In this document: positions 20,389 to 30,402 of the stretch, piece after piece
Layout of the letters: the number at the start of each line of letters is the position of its first letter
Numbering within the stretch: the first letter of the stretch is position 1
Origin: a virus
Taxonomy: Duplodnaviria; Caudoviricetes
Strand: one strand, 5' to 3'
Length of the DNA stretch: 64,000 bases
IMG/VR virus record: IMGVR_UViG_3300006930_000001
Span: 1-64,000 of that record
Program-made: the position numbers and the translations under genes
Notes under the pieces: model-generated
The model's input: the letters and a program-made list of their open reading frames with translations, nothing else
Database searches by the model: none
Told to the model about the DNA's origin: nothing

Positions 20389-20633
20389 AGACCTGGGATC
20401 ACGTTTGAGATTCCGAGTTTTGCACAGGCAGCCACAGCGATGATCAGAATTGCTTTTGCAAGGAAGAAACCAGCATTATACTGTCCAAATGCCTTTTTGG
20501 TATCTGTAACAAGATCTTCCGGGACATCGGTTGGAATTGACTCGGGATAGAATGCTGTCGGGTGACGAAGACCTTCTCCGATACCGACACAAAATGCATT
20601 CACTTCTTCTTTCTGGTCAAGAAAATCGATCAT
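20385..20633 (-). CDS. Small membrane protein (holin candidate)
   Basis: 82 aa with C-terminal hydrophobic helix FFLAKAILIIAVAACAKL. Confidence 0.45.
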   Translation of the reverse strand: MIDFLDQKEEVNAFCVGIGEGLRHPTAFYPESIPTDVPEDLVTDTKKAFGQYNAGFFLAKAILIIAVAACAKLGISNVIPGL

Positions 20634-20731
20634 ACAAGATAATTGATGATGATTTGTATATAAGGATTACCAGACATTCACACAGACGAACGCTATTGAC
20701 ATAAAATTTTTGAGACGATGTATCATATGGG

Positions 20732-21097
20732 TCATACCTTGATCAACCCAAATAACCATGCCAGGAAAGCAGATAACAATGCTCCTGCAGATACACCAAC
20801 AATACCAATCTTGGTCTTTAACTCAGCAAGGGTGATCGCATGCTCGGTATCCCTGGCATCAATCTTTTCCTTGGTAGCAGTGATAAATTCATCCAGTTTG
20901 GTATACATATCATCCATCTTCTTTTCAAGGCTCGTCATCTGTGCTTCAAGTTTATCCATGCGTTTATCCTGCCGTTCTTCCATCTTGTCCATATTGGCAG
21001 CCAGAGCATCTGTTACTGCCTTTGTATTGGCAGTCATTACATTCATCTCCCGGATCTGCATCTCTACATAACGGTCAAACCAATCTTCTACGGGCAT
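20732..21097 (-). CDS. Coiled-coil protein with C-terminal TM helix (XhlA/holin-like)
   Basis: Heptad-rich MEERQDKRMDKLEAQMTSLEKKMDDM; TM IGIVGVSAGALLSAFLAWLFGL. Confidence 0.6.
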   Translation of the reverse strand: MPVEDWFDRYVEMQIREMNVMTANTKAVTDALAANMDKMEERQDKRMDKLEAQMTSLEKKMDDMYTKLDEFITATKEKIDARDTEHAITLAELKTKIGIVGVSAGALLSAFLAWLFGLIKV

Positions 21098-21621
21098 AGG
21101 CGACCATCACATGGAGTATGAGCAAACACTATTATTCCAGCCTCTTCTCCTACAATCGTGTAATATGCACACATATGAAATACAGCATTGACAACCGATC
21201 CATCCAATCTCTTGAATTCTCCTATATATGTGTATTTTCCATTGGCAAATGTTTGTGTATCTGCCTGGTCGTATATTTCTGCATATTGTTTATCAAACAT
21301 ATCAAAAACAGTTTTTCCAACTATATTTTCACGCGATAAACCAAGAGCACGTTCACATGCAATATTACAACCAAGACATACACGATCTTTATCTTTCCAG
21401 AAAATAGGCATCGGTATGTGATTGATAATCTGTTGAAGAAGTTCTATTGTTTCGATGTGGACTTTTTCTTGTTCCAAGAGAGATTGATACATTGCTTCTA
21501 CTTCATATCCCCTGGCAGCAATTTCACATTCAAGCCCGGCCATTTTAGCCCTGGCTTCTGTGAACTTCTTTTCATAATCCACAACCTCTGCAGCAAACTT
21601 CCGGAGGTCATCTAATCCCAT
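21088..21621 (-). CDS. Coiled-coil plus PAS domain protein
   Basis: LQQIINHIPMPIFWKDKDRVCLGCNIACERALGLSRENIVGKTVFDMF...GEFKRLDGSVV is a typical PAS S-box. Confidence 0.85.
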   Translation of the reverse strand: MGLDDLRKFAAEVVDYEKKFTEARAKMAGLECEIAARGYEVEAMYQSLLEQEKVHIETIELLQQIINHIPMPIFWKDKDRVCLGCNIACERALGLSRENIVGKTVFDMFDKQYAEIYDQADTQTFANGKYTYIGEFKRLDGSVVNAVFHMCAYYTIVGEEAGIIVFAHTPCDGRLCP

Positions 21622-21653
21622 ATTAAGGAAATAGACGAAAATCTAAAAATAGG

Positions 21654-21743
21654 TTACGTAGAATTGATCAAAGCCATTAACGCTGCAAGTTTTTCGGCTC
21701 TGATCCGTCTTGCCCTTTCAATGGGAGTTTCCTGATCGGTCAT
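21654..21743 (-). CDS. 29-aa peptide MTDQETPIERARRIRAEKLAALMALINST
   Basis: Hand-translated; fills the gap between 21778 and 21621 on the operon strand. Confidence 0.35.
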   Translation of the reverse strand: MTDQETPIERARRIRAEKLAALMALINST

Positions 21744-21777
21744 TTCTTACCCTTACCTTTCTTCTTTCCGCAAGCCA

Positions 21778-22068
21778 TTAGGCATCAACGTCAAATCCGG
21801 CGTCCTCTTTCCGTTGCCATTCGATCTCCATAGACGATCTCTGACTCCGGTATGCAGCATCGAAATTTGCAAAAGCATCGTTACGTGCTGCAAAGAATGA
21901 ATCCTCGATATCCTGCGCATCTTTGATTGCCTGCAGATAAACCTGTTCCTGTCTCCAGTTTGCAAGGATCTGTTCTGACGAAAGCGCATTGAGACCTTCA
22001 ATGGTGGAAGGAAGTGAGGCTTTCCAGGTGGCATATGCAGCCTGTGCCTGCGTTACTAAAGTTCCCAT
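21778..22068 (-). CDS. Small helical protein, possible fibre chaperone
   Basis: Follows the LamG fibre genes; 96 aa, helical. Confidence 0.45.
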   Translation of the reverse strand: MGTLVTQAQAAYATWKASLPSTIEGLNALSSEQILANWRQEQVYLQAIKDAQDIEDSFFAARNDAFANFDAAYRSQRSSMEIEWQRKEDAGFDVDA

Positions 22069-22069
22069 A

Positions 22070-24034
22070 TCAATACATATAAGTCTCTGCCATTATTTGA
22101 CCTAATTGGTTAAGATCAAGATAACGGTTGAATACTGCCAATAATCCAGTAATACCAGAATGGTAATTTGCAGCATTCACAGAATCTTTACCTATGCATG
22201 CACTTGTAGGTGTAATGATGGCACCGGAAGAAGAAGAAGTAACTTCGAGAACTAAATTCTTCCTGCCCTCCATTACCAATTTGTTTCTTGTGAATGTTAT
22301 GAAATACCATTCTCCTAATGTAAATGTTCCAGATTCCTCTAATGTAATAAGATTCCACGAAGAATCTCCAGACGATGCACACCATCCAAATTTTGATGTT
22401 GTATTGGCATATATACGCAATCCATATCCAGAAGCAGATGCAAGATGAAATAGATTTCTTAATACCGATACAGAATCTACACGGACCCATAAACATATGG
22501 TAAAATCGTTTGATCCAAAAATCATTTCATTTGTTATTGACAATACTATATAATTTGTAGATCCATCAAATTTTGCAAGATATGATCCAGATTTTTGTAG
22601 TTCTTTTGCAAATGTTCCTGCAGGTGTTGCTACACAACCAGGAGGAAGAAATCTGAATCCATTATCATTTAATGAATCAGAATAATCCTTTAAATTTGTA
22701 TTACAATGCAATAATAGTTTTGTGTTTGGTAATGATTGTAATTCTGATACATCGTTTGAAAATACAGTATCTCCAACATTTCCTCCAGTATAAACCGCAG
22801 AATTTGTCCATCTTATTCCAGAAACATACCCATATAGGTTTGCACCGGAAGCATCACCATTCTGACCAATTATAAAGTTCCTTGCAGATACCCAATATGT
22901 TCCTGCAGATCCTTTTCCAATGATAACGCCATCTTTGATAACATAAGCATAAGCACCGGATCTCATTATAACAAGTTTTGACCATACACCAAGAGCAGGA
23001 CCTGAATTATTTGCAGTAGTTATTTGTGTAGCATATGCCCCATTATAACCCACAAACATCAACGAACCATTTGACCACATGCGACAATATGTAGCATTAC
23101 CAGAAACACTTGCACCCGTATTGAAAAAGAATGCAAGGTTTTCTATATTATCTGGATTAACAAACAATTCAAATGTCCAATCCGAATTTATACCATTGTT
23201 AATATCCGAAGGTGCTGTAACAGAAATATATGAAGATCCACCAGTGAGATATAACATACCTCCACCATTTACTGGTGGTGCTACCGATTTTACACCACCA
23301 TATGCAGTTATAGTATAATTATTTGCACTTGAATCAACAAAGGACGTTCCTGTCTGTGCATAACGCATCAATAGTTTTGTATTACTTGTTATCTGTGGGG
23401 ATCTGGTTGGTGGTTTATAATTTGATGTATGACCAGTCACATTGAGTATTTCAAGATCTGAAATAAATCCTGCCATATATGTACTTGTATTATACCTCCC
23501 AATAGACAATGGAGATGTAGATGGATAAAATGAACCGGATGATGTCCATGTATCGGTAAGTATTCCATTTCTAAAACAATAGAATGTATTGCCGCTTCTT
23601 GTTACTTCATAATACGCTGCAACATTCAATACAGCAGTTCCAAGCGATTTATTACTTGCAATATCCCAAGATGTTCCATTAGACGTTCCAAGGAAATAAA
23701 CAGATGTTCCATACGTGTCTATCAAGAATGGAGTATATGCTCCTGTTCCATTTCGTGATATTACACCATGCGATGTGGACGATCCAAGATCGGTGTTTGT
23801 CATCCAAAATCTTATGGTGAATGGTTGTGTTCCAAAATCCCAATCTTCTGAATCTACCACTTCGTTATATGCATTGGTTCCATTATAGTAACCAACACCA
23901 GAACCAGGAACTGGATTTGCCAGTATAGCAGTTCCACCAGTAGTTACTGTTTTTGGAGCATTTACCAGAGCCTGCCTTCCTTGCCAAAAAATAGAACAAT
24001 CAAGGCTTTTTAAAGCATCATTATTGACAATCAT
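22070..24034 (-). CDS. Adhesin with about three LamG/concanavalin-A-like domains
   Basis: Repeated FGTQPFTIRFW, WTFELFVNP, FGSNDFTICLWVR; YMAGFISDLEI, YGYVSGIRW. Confidence 0.8.
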   Translation of the reverse strand: MIVNNDALKSLDCSIFWQGRQALVNAPKTVTTGGTAILANPVPGSGVGYYNGTNAYNEVVDSEDWDFGTQPFTIRFWMTNTDLGSSTSHGVISRNGTGAYTPFLIDTYGTSVYFLGTSNGTSWDIASNKSLGTAVLNVAAYYEVTRSGNTFYCFRNGILTDTWTSSGSFYPSTSPLSIGRYNTSTYMAGFISDLEILNVTGHTSNYKPPTRSPQITSNTKLLMRYAQTGTSFVDSSANNYTITAYGGVKSVAPPVNGGGMLYLTGGSSYISVTAPSDINNGINSDWTFELFVNPDNIENLAFFFNTGASVSGNATYCRMWSNGSLMFVGYNGAYATQITTANNSGPALGVWSKLVIMRSGAYAYVIKDGVIIGKGSAGTYWVSARNFIIGQNGDASGANLYGYVSGIRWTNSAVYTGGNVGDTVFSNDVSELQSLPNTKLLLHCNTNLKDYSDSLNDNGFRFLPPGCVATPAGTFAKELQKSGSYLAKFDGSTNYIVLSITNEMIFGSNDFTICLWVRVDSVSVLRNLFHLASASGYGLRIYANTTSKFGWCASSGDSSWNLITLEESGTFTLGEWYFITFTRNKLVMEGRKNLVLEVTSSSSGAIITPTSACIGKDSVNAANYHSGITGLLAVFNRYLDLNQLGQIMAETYMY

Positions 24035-25569
24035 TGTGTCCCTCTATGCCCAGGTAATATCGGGTATGCAGGGGCATGCAACCCATCTGGATTTGTTCTA
24101 TCCATATGGAATTTGATCTCACCACTTGATAAAGCCCTGTTAAAGACCATCAAATGTCGGATATACGATTTCCCATACAAACTGTTGGCTTCTCCTATTG
24201 ACCAGGCCAGACCAAGATTTGCAGGTGAATTCCATGCAGTATCTATAGTAACCGTTTTGCTTACCATATTTATATAAATATACAACGTAGTTCCAGATCT
24301 TACCAGAGTAACGTAATACCATGTATTCAATGACCAACCAGGACTCAAATTATGCCTGTAATAGAATCTTCTGACACCACCAGTATCATCCGATATCAAA
24401 ATAATACGTGGATCTCCTACATTTGCATCAAGATACAATATAGCATAAATTGTCCCATTTGATTGGCCATATATCGGAACATAGTTTATATTTGCTGGAA
24501 TATTCACCCAGAACGAAACAGTGAAATTTGATGCAAATACATACAGACTACTATCATTTGATATAGCAATTTTGTTTGTTGTTCCATTAAATCTCAATGC
24601 ATGTTTATTATTGCCAAGTGGTGATTTGATCCAGAATCCAGAAGGTGTTATAGTGCTTGCTGCTGGTTTTATCGGAAATCCACCAACACCTTTTCCAATA
24701 AAGTCAAATCCTGATTGTGTTGCATATCTGATTATTACAACACCAGATCCTCCTCTATACCCTGCAGTGCTTACAGGTCCACCTGCTCCACCACCACCAA
24801 GACCATCTGTTCCTTGAGAATAGTATCCACCACCACCAAGACCAGGAGATGCATTGGTTGGACATCCTGCATGAACACCAGCACCACCACCACCATAATA
24901 AGTTGCAGTTCCAGTAATACTTGATTGTGTTCCAATACCACCATCACCAGGTTTAGTGCTTGCTACACCATTACCACCAACACCTCCAGTTCCACCACCA
25001 CCACCAGAAGGTGCTCCAGATGTAGAACCATTACCACCTGCACTTCCTTCCCCAGAAGTTCCAGATCCACCAGTTCCTGGGTTGGCACCTGCTCCACGGC
25101 CACCACCACCACAACCACCAGTATTTCCGTTTATATTGGTTCCGTTACCTCCACGGCCACCACCAGTAGTAGTTATTGTAGCAAATACAGATCCATCACC
25201 ATTGGTATCAGAAGCGCCTCCTTGTCCAATAGTAATAAGATATACCTGACCTGGAGTAACAGCCAGTGTTCCGGTCTTTAATCCACCAGCACCACCTGCT
25301 CCACCAACACCTGTCGAATTACCAGAACCTCCTCCTCCACCACCTGCTTGAACCAGATATTGGATAGAATTTACACCATCAGGACATACCCAATACGTGG
25401 ATGTTGTAATATTGGTATTGAGAATGAACCTATCAATAGAATATCCACCATCGACAAGTCTGTCCCAACTGATATATGTTGCACCAATAATTTCCAGATC
25501 TTCGCCGGTATACCAGAGTACACACCCGTTATAAAATTCCTTGTATTTTTGATAATTTAAAAGTGTCAT
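24031..25569 (-). CDS. Gly-rich domain plus LamG domain adhesin
   Basis: WVCPDGVNSIQYLVQAGGGGGG...GGSGVVIIRY Gly-rich block, then FTVSFWVN...WYYVTLVR...HLMVFNRAL. Confidence 0.8.
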   Translation of the reverse strand: MTLLNYQKYKEFYNGCVLWYTGEDLEIIGATYISWDRLVDGGYSIDRFILNTNITTSTYWVCPDGVNSIQYLVQAGGGGGGSGNSTGVGGAGGAGGLKTGTLAVTPGQVYLITIGQGGASDTNGDGSVFATITTTGGGRGGNGTNINGNTGGCGGGGRGAGANPGTGGSGTSGEGSAGGNGSTSGAPSGGGGGTGGVGGNGVASTKPGDGGIGTQSSITGTATYYGGGGAGVHAGCPTNASPGLGGGGYYSQGTDGLGGGGAGGPVSTAGYRGGSGVVIIRYATQSGFDFIGKGVGGFPIKPAASTITPSGFWIKSPLGNNKHALRFNGTTNKIAISNDSSLYVFASNFTVSFWVNIPANINYVPIYGQSNGTIYAILYLDANVGDPRIILISDDTGGVRRFYYRHNLSPGWSLNTWYYVTLVRSGTTLYIYINMVSKTVTIDTAWNSPANLGLAWSIGEANSLYGKSYIRHLMVFNRALSSGEIKFHMDRTNPDGLHAPAYPILPGHRGTQ

Positions 25570-26321
25570 GATAATCTCCAGTATTCATGTGGTCCAGGTA
25601 TTGCTCCAAGTCCTGTTACTGGATGCATTACTCGATTATACAATACAATTTCATTATCGGATATTGCACGTTTCAATAACATAATATTTACCATATTACC
25701 ATTGAAATATGAACCATTATACTCTCCAAGTCTCCCAAGTGAAAATGCATTTGCACTATTCTTGATTGTGTTTGATAATGGAGAGTTTGTTGCTATAAGA
25801 GATCCACTTTGAAAACCATCAAATACAGTCCCAGATCTCCGTAATACAATACTATACCATTCTGTTGTATCTGCAATCAATGCTATCGTCATTGTGCAGA
25901 ATACTAAACTTGATATTGAATCGTATGCCCTAAAATACAAATAATTATTACCTGCATTGATAACATCAAATGCTAAAAGCCATGATATTGATGCATCAGA
26001 TCCATTTGAATCGGATTGCCCCATAACAAATTGTCTTGATGCTAATGATCCACGTTTTATGAATAATAATATAGTGAAATTTCCTGCTACAAAATCAAAA
26101 TCTGTATGATCTGGTAACGATATACAATTGCTGGATCCATTGAATACCAATGCAGATCTATTATTCCCAAGACTTATTTTTGTCCACGATCCATTGTTTG
26201 TAGGGGATATACTCGATGGTATTATCGGAAATTCATCAAAATCGTTTGTATACCCTGCACAATGAAACCCTGGCCACCAAAATACACATCTATCAAAAAG
26301 GGCTGGAAATTTTCCAGTCAT
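25566..26321 (-). CDS. Single LamG domain adhesin
   Basis: FDFVAGNFTILLFIKR, WYSIVLRR, LGRLGEYNGSYFNGNM, KRAISDNEI. Confidence 0.8.
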   Translation of the reverse strand: MTGKFPALFDRCVFWWPGFHCAGYTNDFDEFPIIPSSISPTNNGSWTKISLGNNRSALVFNGSSNCISLPDHTDFDFVAGNFTILLFIKRGSLASRQFVMGQSDSNGSDASISWLLAFDVINAGNNYLYFRAYDSISSLVFCTMTIALIADTTEWYSIVLRRSGTVFDGFQSGSLIATNSPLSNTIKNSANAFSLGRLGEYNGSYFNGNMVNIMLLKRAISDNEIVLYNRVMHPVTGLGAIPGPHEYWRLS

Positions 26322-26328
26322 GATAACC

Positions 26329-27309
26329 TCACGAATACGTAACCTTTGTTCGCAGTATCAAGTCTGCACACCCAACATCTGCCTGATTGACTCTGAAGTG
26401 CAATACATCACCAGCAGCAAGAGTTATCATACCAGAATCAAGAGATGTACCAGTTTTTTCCTGTTTATACACACCATTGGTGGCTGTATCTGTATCAAGT
26501 ATTTGTAGTGGGGCATCTGATGCAAATATACTCCCTGTCTCAAGTGTTGAGTTTTTCATTACCTGGACATACAACCTTCCACTTGTTCCTGGATTTCCAG
26601 TAAGATATGCCCCAGATAATCCAATTGTGCATGCTGCGGGAGCAACCCAAGGCATTAGCATGGTTTCATATACAGCACCTTCTATAGTTCTGGTAATCCA
26701 CTCTACTGCAGCACCAGAACCTCCGGTTATCCCTGTAAGCAGAGATCCATCCACTGCTGGAAGTTTTCCATCTGCATTTAACTGAACCAGGTTTAATGCT
26801 GAAGTTCCTACAGCAAGTCCATCTTTTAAGACACCAGTTGTGGAATCCCATTGTGGAACTTTGTTTTCTGTGGTGGATCCTGGCTTCAGGATCAGTCCGG
26901 CAATCAGGTTTGCATAGGTGATCTTTTTATTAAGACTTGCAGATATGTCACGGAATGGCAATTCATCGCCAACAGCGATTGTAGTTTCTGCTGTTAGACC
27001 AGTAATATCCATTGATGAGAGTAAACCTGCAACAAAGTTTGCCCTGGTCATTCTCCTGATTAACTCAGTAGATGCATCATATACCAGGACTTCATCATCA
27101 TCTGCAATCGATGTAAATGCAGCAGTTCCATGAATATCAAGATATATGGAAAGTGTTTCATTTCCACCATCTGTATTCTCAAGCAGACCAATTGCTGCAC
27201 CTGCTACCAGTTTTCCATTTAGGTATCCCCTGGTAGTATCATTTGAGGAAACCTTTACCACTTCTGGCAAATACCCTAAACTTGTGTTTTTTGTCATTTC
27301 TACACCCAA
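26329..27309 (-). CDS. Fibre protein
   Basis: VKVSSNDTTRGYLNGKLVAG; two IA.DE..l.D.S repeats; module shared with the 28062-30401 protein. Confidence 0.65.
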   Translation of the reverse strand: MGVEMTKNTSLGYLPEVVKVSSNDTTRGYLNGKLVAGAAIGLLENTDGGNETLSIYLDIHGTAAFTSIADDDEVLVYDASTELIRRMTRANFVAGLLSSMDITGLTAETTIAVGDELPFRDISASLNKKITYANLIAGLILKPGSTTENKVPQWDSTTGVLKDGLAVGTSALNLVQLNADGKLPAVDGSLLTGITGGSGAAVEWITRTIEGAVYETMLMPWVAPAACTIGLSGAYLTGNPGTSGRLYVQVMKNSTLETGSIFASDAPLQILDTDTATNGVYKQEKTGTSLDSGMITLAAGDVLHFRVNQADVGCADLILRTKVTYS

Positions 27310-28061
27310 TATTTAATAATAACAATACCAGAGGCACCATTTATCGTATTAGAATGCCAATAGTCTCTTCCACCTGCACCACAACCTGAATTTGCTACAG
27401 GTCCATATGCTGCTCCAGTTGCCCATCCAGAACCATGTCCTGCCCGTGGACCACCAGGAGCACCATTCAATGATCCTCCTCCACCACCACCGGAACCATA
27501 ACATAACATTGTTCCAGTTATATTGGAATATACACCTGTTCCTCCGTTTCCACCATTGTTACCGGATCCGTTGGAGCCATTACCATTTGCTCCTGCACCT
27601 CCACCAGATCCTGTGTTAATTCCTCCTCCTCCATTGAAACCTACCGTATTTCCACCATCAAATGCAATTCCGTCTGCCCCAGGTTGACAAATCAAATCAT
27701 CAAATGATGATATTTGCCCATTATTACCAACAGATAAATTATACACAGTTCCTGGAATAACTGTCAATATTCCAGTTTTTACTTCTCCACCAGCACCACC
27801 AGCAGACGAATTATAACCAGATTTTATCTGTGCGCTATTCCCACCACCAGCAACAATCAAATATTCGATAGATGTTACCCCAATTGGACATTGCCACGTT
27901 CCTGGTCCAATTGTTGTAAATTGTTCCACTACCGATTGTTTTATATGAGAATGAGTAGTCCGTTTCAGAAGTGATCCCTGGTCAATGGTAAGTGGAAAAT
28001 TTTCCTGGAGAAGAAATGGTCCACTACCCTCCATATCGATACTTCTGTTAGAAAGCAGCAT
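27300..28061 (-). CDS. Gly-rich domain fibre protein
   Basis: WQCPIGVTSIEYLIVAGGG...GASGIVIIKY; paralog of the Gly-rich block in 24031-25569. Confidence 0.7.
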   Translation of the reverse strand: MLLSNRSIDMEGSGPFLLQENFPLTIDQGSLLKRTTHSHIKQSVVEQFTTIGPGTWQCPIGVTSIEYLIVAGGGNSAQIKSGYNSSAGGAGGEVKTGILTVIPGTVYNLSVGNNGQISSFDDLICQPGADGIAFDGGNTVGFNGGGGINTGSGGGAGANGNGSNGSGNNGGNGGTGVYSNITGTMLCYGSGGGGGGSLNGAPGGPRAGHGSGWATGAAYGPVANSGCGAGGRDYWHSNTINGASGIVIIKYWV

Positions 28062-30401
28062 TTATACCACATCCAGGACTCCCATAGCATACTTTGCCAA
28101 CCATGTGTTATGCCCTCCCAGAGCACCCACATACATCAAAGTAACACTGTCATAACCACTTGTAGAGGCTATGGTTCCACCACTTGCTGATTCGCTAATA
28201 TGGAGTCGTATATATTGTCCAGAATTGGCAGTCAAAGTCCAGTTGACTCCAGTACCGATCACTTCAACAATATCCCCCTGTGATGGCGATACTGGAAGGG
28301 TATAGTTTTCTGTGATAGATACATAGGATCCCTGATTTGCTACCACATTGGTAAGCAGAGATCCATCTATCGCCGGGAGTCTACCTTCCTCGGTAAGTTG
28401 CACCAGATTCCCGGCAGCAGTCCCAATAGGGATACCAGAGGTAAGTTTCTTGTTCTCTGCATCCCACGTAGGGACCCGTCCTTCGATAGATGTCTCTGGT
28501 CCGGTAACATCCCCTTCCTGGAGATCAGCAGAGATCACACCATCGACAATTGATATCCGATCCCCTATCTTAACCCCACCAAGAACTGTATCAGATGCTA
28601 CAGGAAGTTCATAATCTCCTGAAATTGTTGGTTTATTCTTGATAAAATCATCCTGGGTATTATCTGTCTGATTCCAGTCAGGCTGAACATTTTTCTCTGC
28701 ATCTGATGCAGCATGGTCAGAAATTGCATGATCATATGCAATCTTTCCACGATCTCCCCTGTATGCAGTATCAGATGTTTCACCAAGAATTGCCGCAAAT
28801 GTTTCTGGTTTGTTTGTTACATTTGCCCATGCCACTGACAAAGACTGGTTATCAATTTTATCAAAAGATGTATCATTACGATATACAAGCCAATCGCCAA
28901 CCAGAAAATCGATGGTCGCAACAGTTCCTTCAGCAGAGGCGATATAATAATATCCCTGTGCAGCAGGTTGCGGAGCACCAAGAGCAGGGTTAAACGTGCC
29001 CTTGAATACCAGCGATCCCACAAGACTCGCCGGAAGCATCGCATCATCGATCTTACCATTTTCATCAAGAAAGGATACAGATATCTCTCCATTGGATATC
29101 GTTATCCCATCACCGGCTATGTAGTCTCCTGCTGCATCAGTATCCTCTACCCATCGACCATTTCTCCGGTCATACATCTTGTCATCGTTTGGAACTTCTC
29201 CAATTGATGATTGTCTTCTGATTCCAGTTACTGCACTTGGATCCGAAATCAAGCCATTAAATGCCTTATATGCATTGAGTCTTCCACCAGTGATACATTT
29301 TCCGGATAATGCAGGGATCACATCGACATTGTTGAGTATAGCAGCACGTATCTGTGCTACAGTCAATGCAGGGAATGCTCCTTTGAGTAAAACGGCAACA
29401 CCAGTAACCATAGGTGCTGCCATAGAAGTCCCAGATAACCAAACGTATGCATCACTGCCAAGCGTACTACAAATATTTGATCCTGGTGCTGCAAGATGAA
29501 CTGTTGAATTTCCATAATTTGAATGAGTATTCAATTCATCCTTGTTATTGGTATTTGCAACAGAGATGATATTACTTAAACCAAAAGATGCAGGATACAC
29601 AGGTTCAGAATCATTGTTCTTTGCATCATTTCCTGCAGCACAGACAAACAATGTGGTTGTCATCCCTGCCATCTTGTTATATAACGCAGATGAATATGAA
29701 TACGATCCAAATGACATATTCACAATCGGACAGCCCATGAAATCTGCATGATCAAGACCATACAGGATAGTACTGTCTGTTGCTTCCATATTTGGACCAA
29801 GAGACTTGATTGGAATGATTCTACAATTCCATGCAACACCTGATACACCAGAACCATTGTTACCTTTTGCTCCGATTATACCTGCTACATGGGTTCCGTG
29901 GTCTCCATCATCCATTGCATCAGCATCGGTATTGTAGAAATCGGCACCATCTGATTTTTTACAGTTCTCTGACAGATCTGGATGATTATAATTCACACCG
30001 GTATCAATCACACCAACTTTTACTGCAGAACTTCCAATTGTTTTTCCATCCTCATACAGAAGTCTCCAGGCAAGTGGAGCACGTATATCTGCCCCTGCTA
30101 CACCACCATTCTGACCAGTATTCCATAATGCCCACTGGTTGCCATCTGCATAATATGGATCATTAGGATGATATGGAGTTATCTCAAATGCTTTGTAAAC
30201 ATGATCTGGCTGTGCATATTCCACAATTCCAGCAGTTGTAAGCAATTCTATTGCTTTCTGGACTGTTATATCCTTGAATGCAATAAGATGATGTCCACCA
30301 ACCTCCATTTCAAGAATAGCAGAAGGAATGACCTTCTGTATACTATTCATTGATACGCCAGGTTTTATTTTTACCAGGACCTTTCCTTCAACATATTCCA
30401 T
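28062..30401 (-). CDS. Subtilisin (S8) serine protease fused to fibre-like C-terminal modules
   Basis: Propeptide-like N-terminus; VIDTG (Asp), HGTHVAG (His), AAGN, GTSMAAP (Ser); C-terminal LVFKGTFN...GDWLV, VAWANVTNKP, LPVASDTVLGGVKIG; no signal peptide. Confidence 0.92.
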   Translation of the reverse strand: MEYVEGKVLVKIKPGVSMNSIQKVIPSAILEMEVGGHHLIAFKDITVQKAIELLTTAGIVEYAQPDHVYKAFEITPYHPNDPYYADGNQWALWNTGQNGGVAGADIRAPLAWRLLYEDGKTIGSSAVKVGVIDTGVNYNHPDLSENCKKSDGADFYNTDADAMDDGDHGTHVAGIIGAKGNNGSGVSGVAWNCRIIPIKSLGPNMEATDSTILYGLDHADFMGCPIVNMSFGSYSYSSALYNKMAGMTTTLFVCAAGNDAKNNDSEPVYPASFGLSNIISVANTNNKDELNTHSNYGNSTVHLAAPGSNICSTLGSDAYVWLSGTSMAAPMVTGVAVLLKGAFPALTVAQIRAAILNNVDVIPALSGKCITGGRLNAYKAFNGLISDPSAVTGIRRQSSIGEVPNDDKMYDRRNGRWVEDTDAAGDYIAGDGITISNGEISVSFLDENGKIDDAMLPASLVGSLVFKGTFNPALGAPQPAAQGYYYIASAEGTVATIDFLVGDWLVYRNDTSFDKIDNQSLSVAWANVTNKPETFAAILGETSDTAYRGDRGKIAYDHAISDHAASDAEKNVQPDWNQTDNTQDDFIKNKPTISGDYELPVASDTVLGGVKIGDRISIVDGVISADLQEGDVTGPETSIEGRVPTWDAENKKLTSGIPIGTAAGNLVQLTEEGRLPAIDGSLLTNVVANQGSYVSITENYTLPVSPSQGDIVEVIGTGVNWTLTANSGQYIRLHISESASGGTIASTSGYDSVTLMYVGALGGHNTWLAKYAMGVLDVV

Positions 30402-30402
30402 T

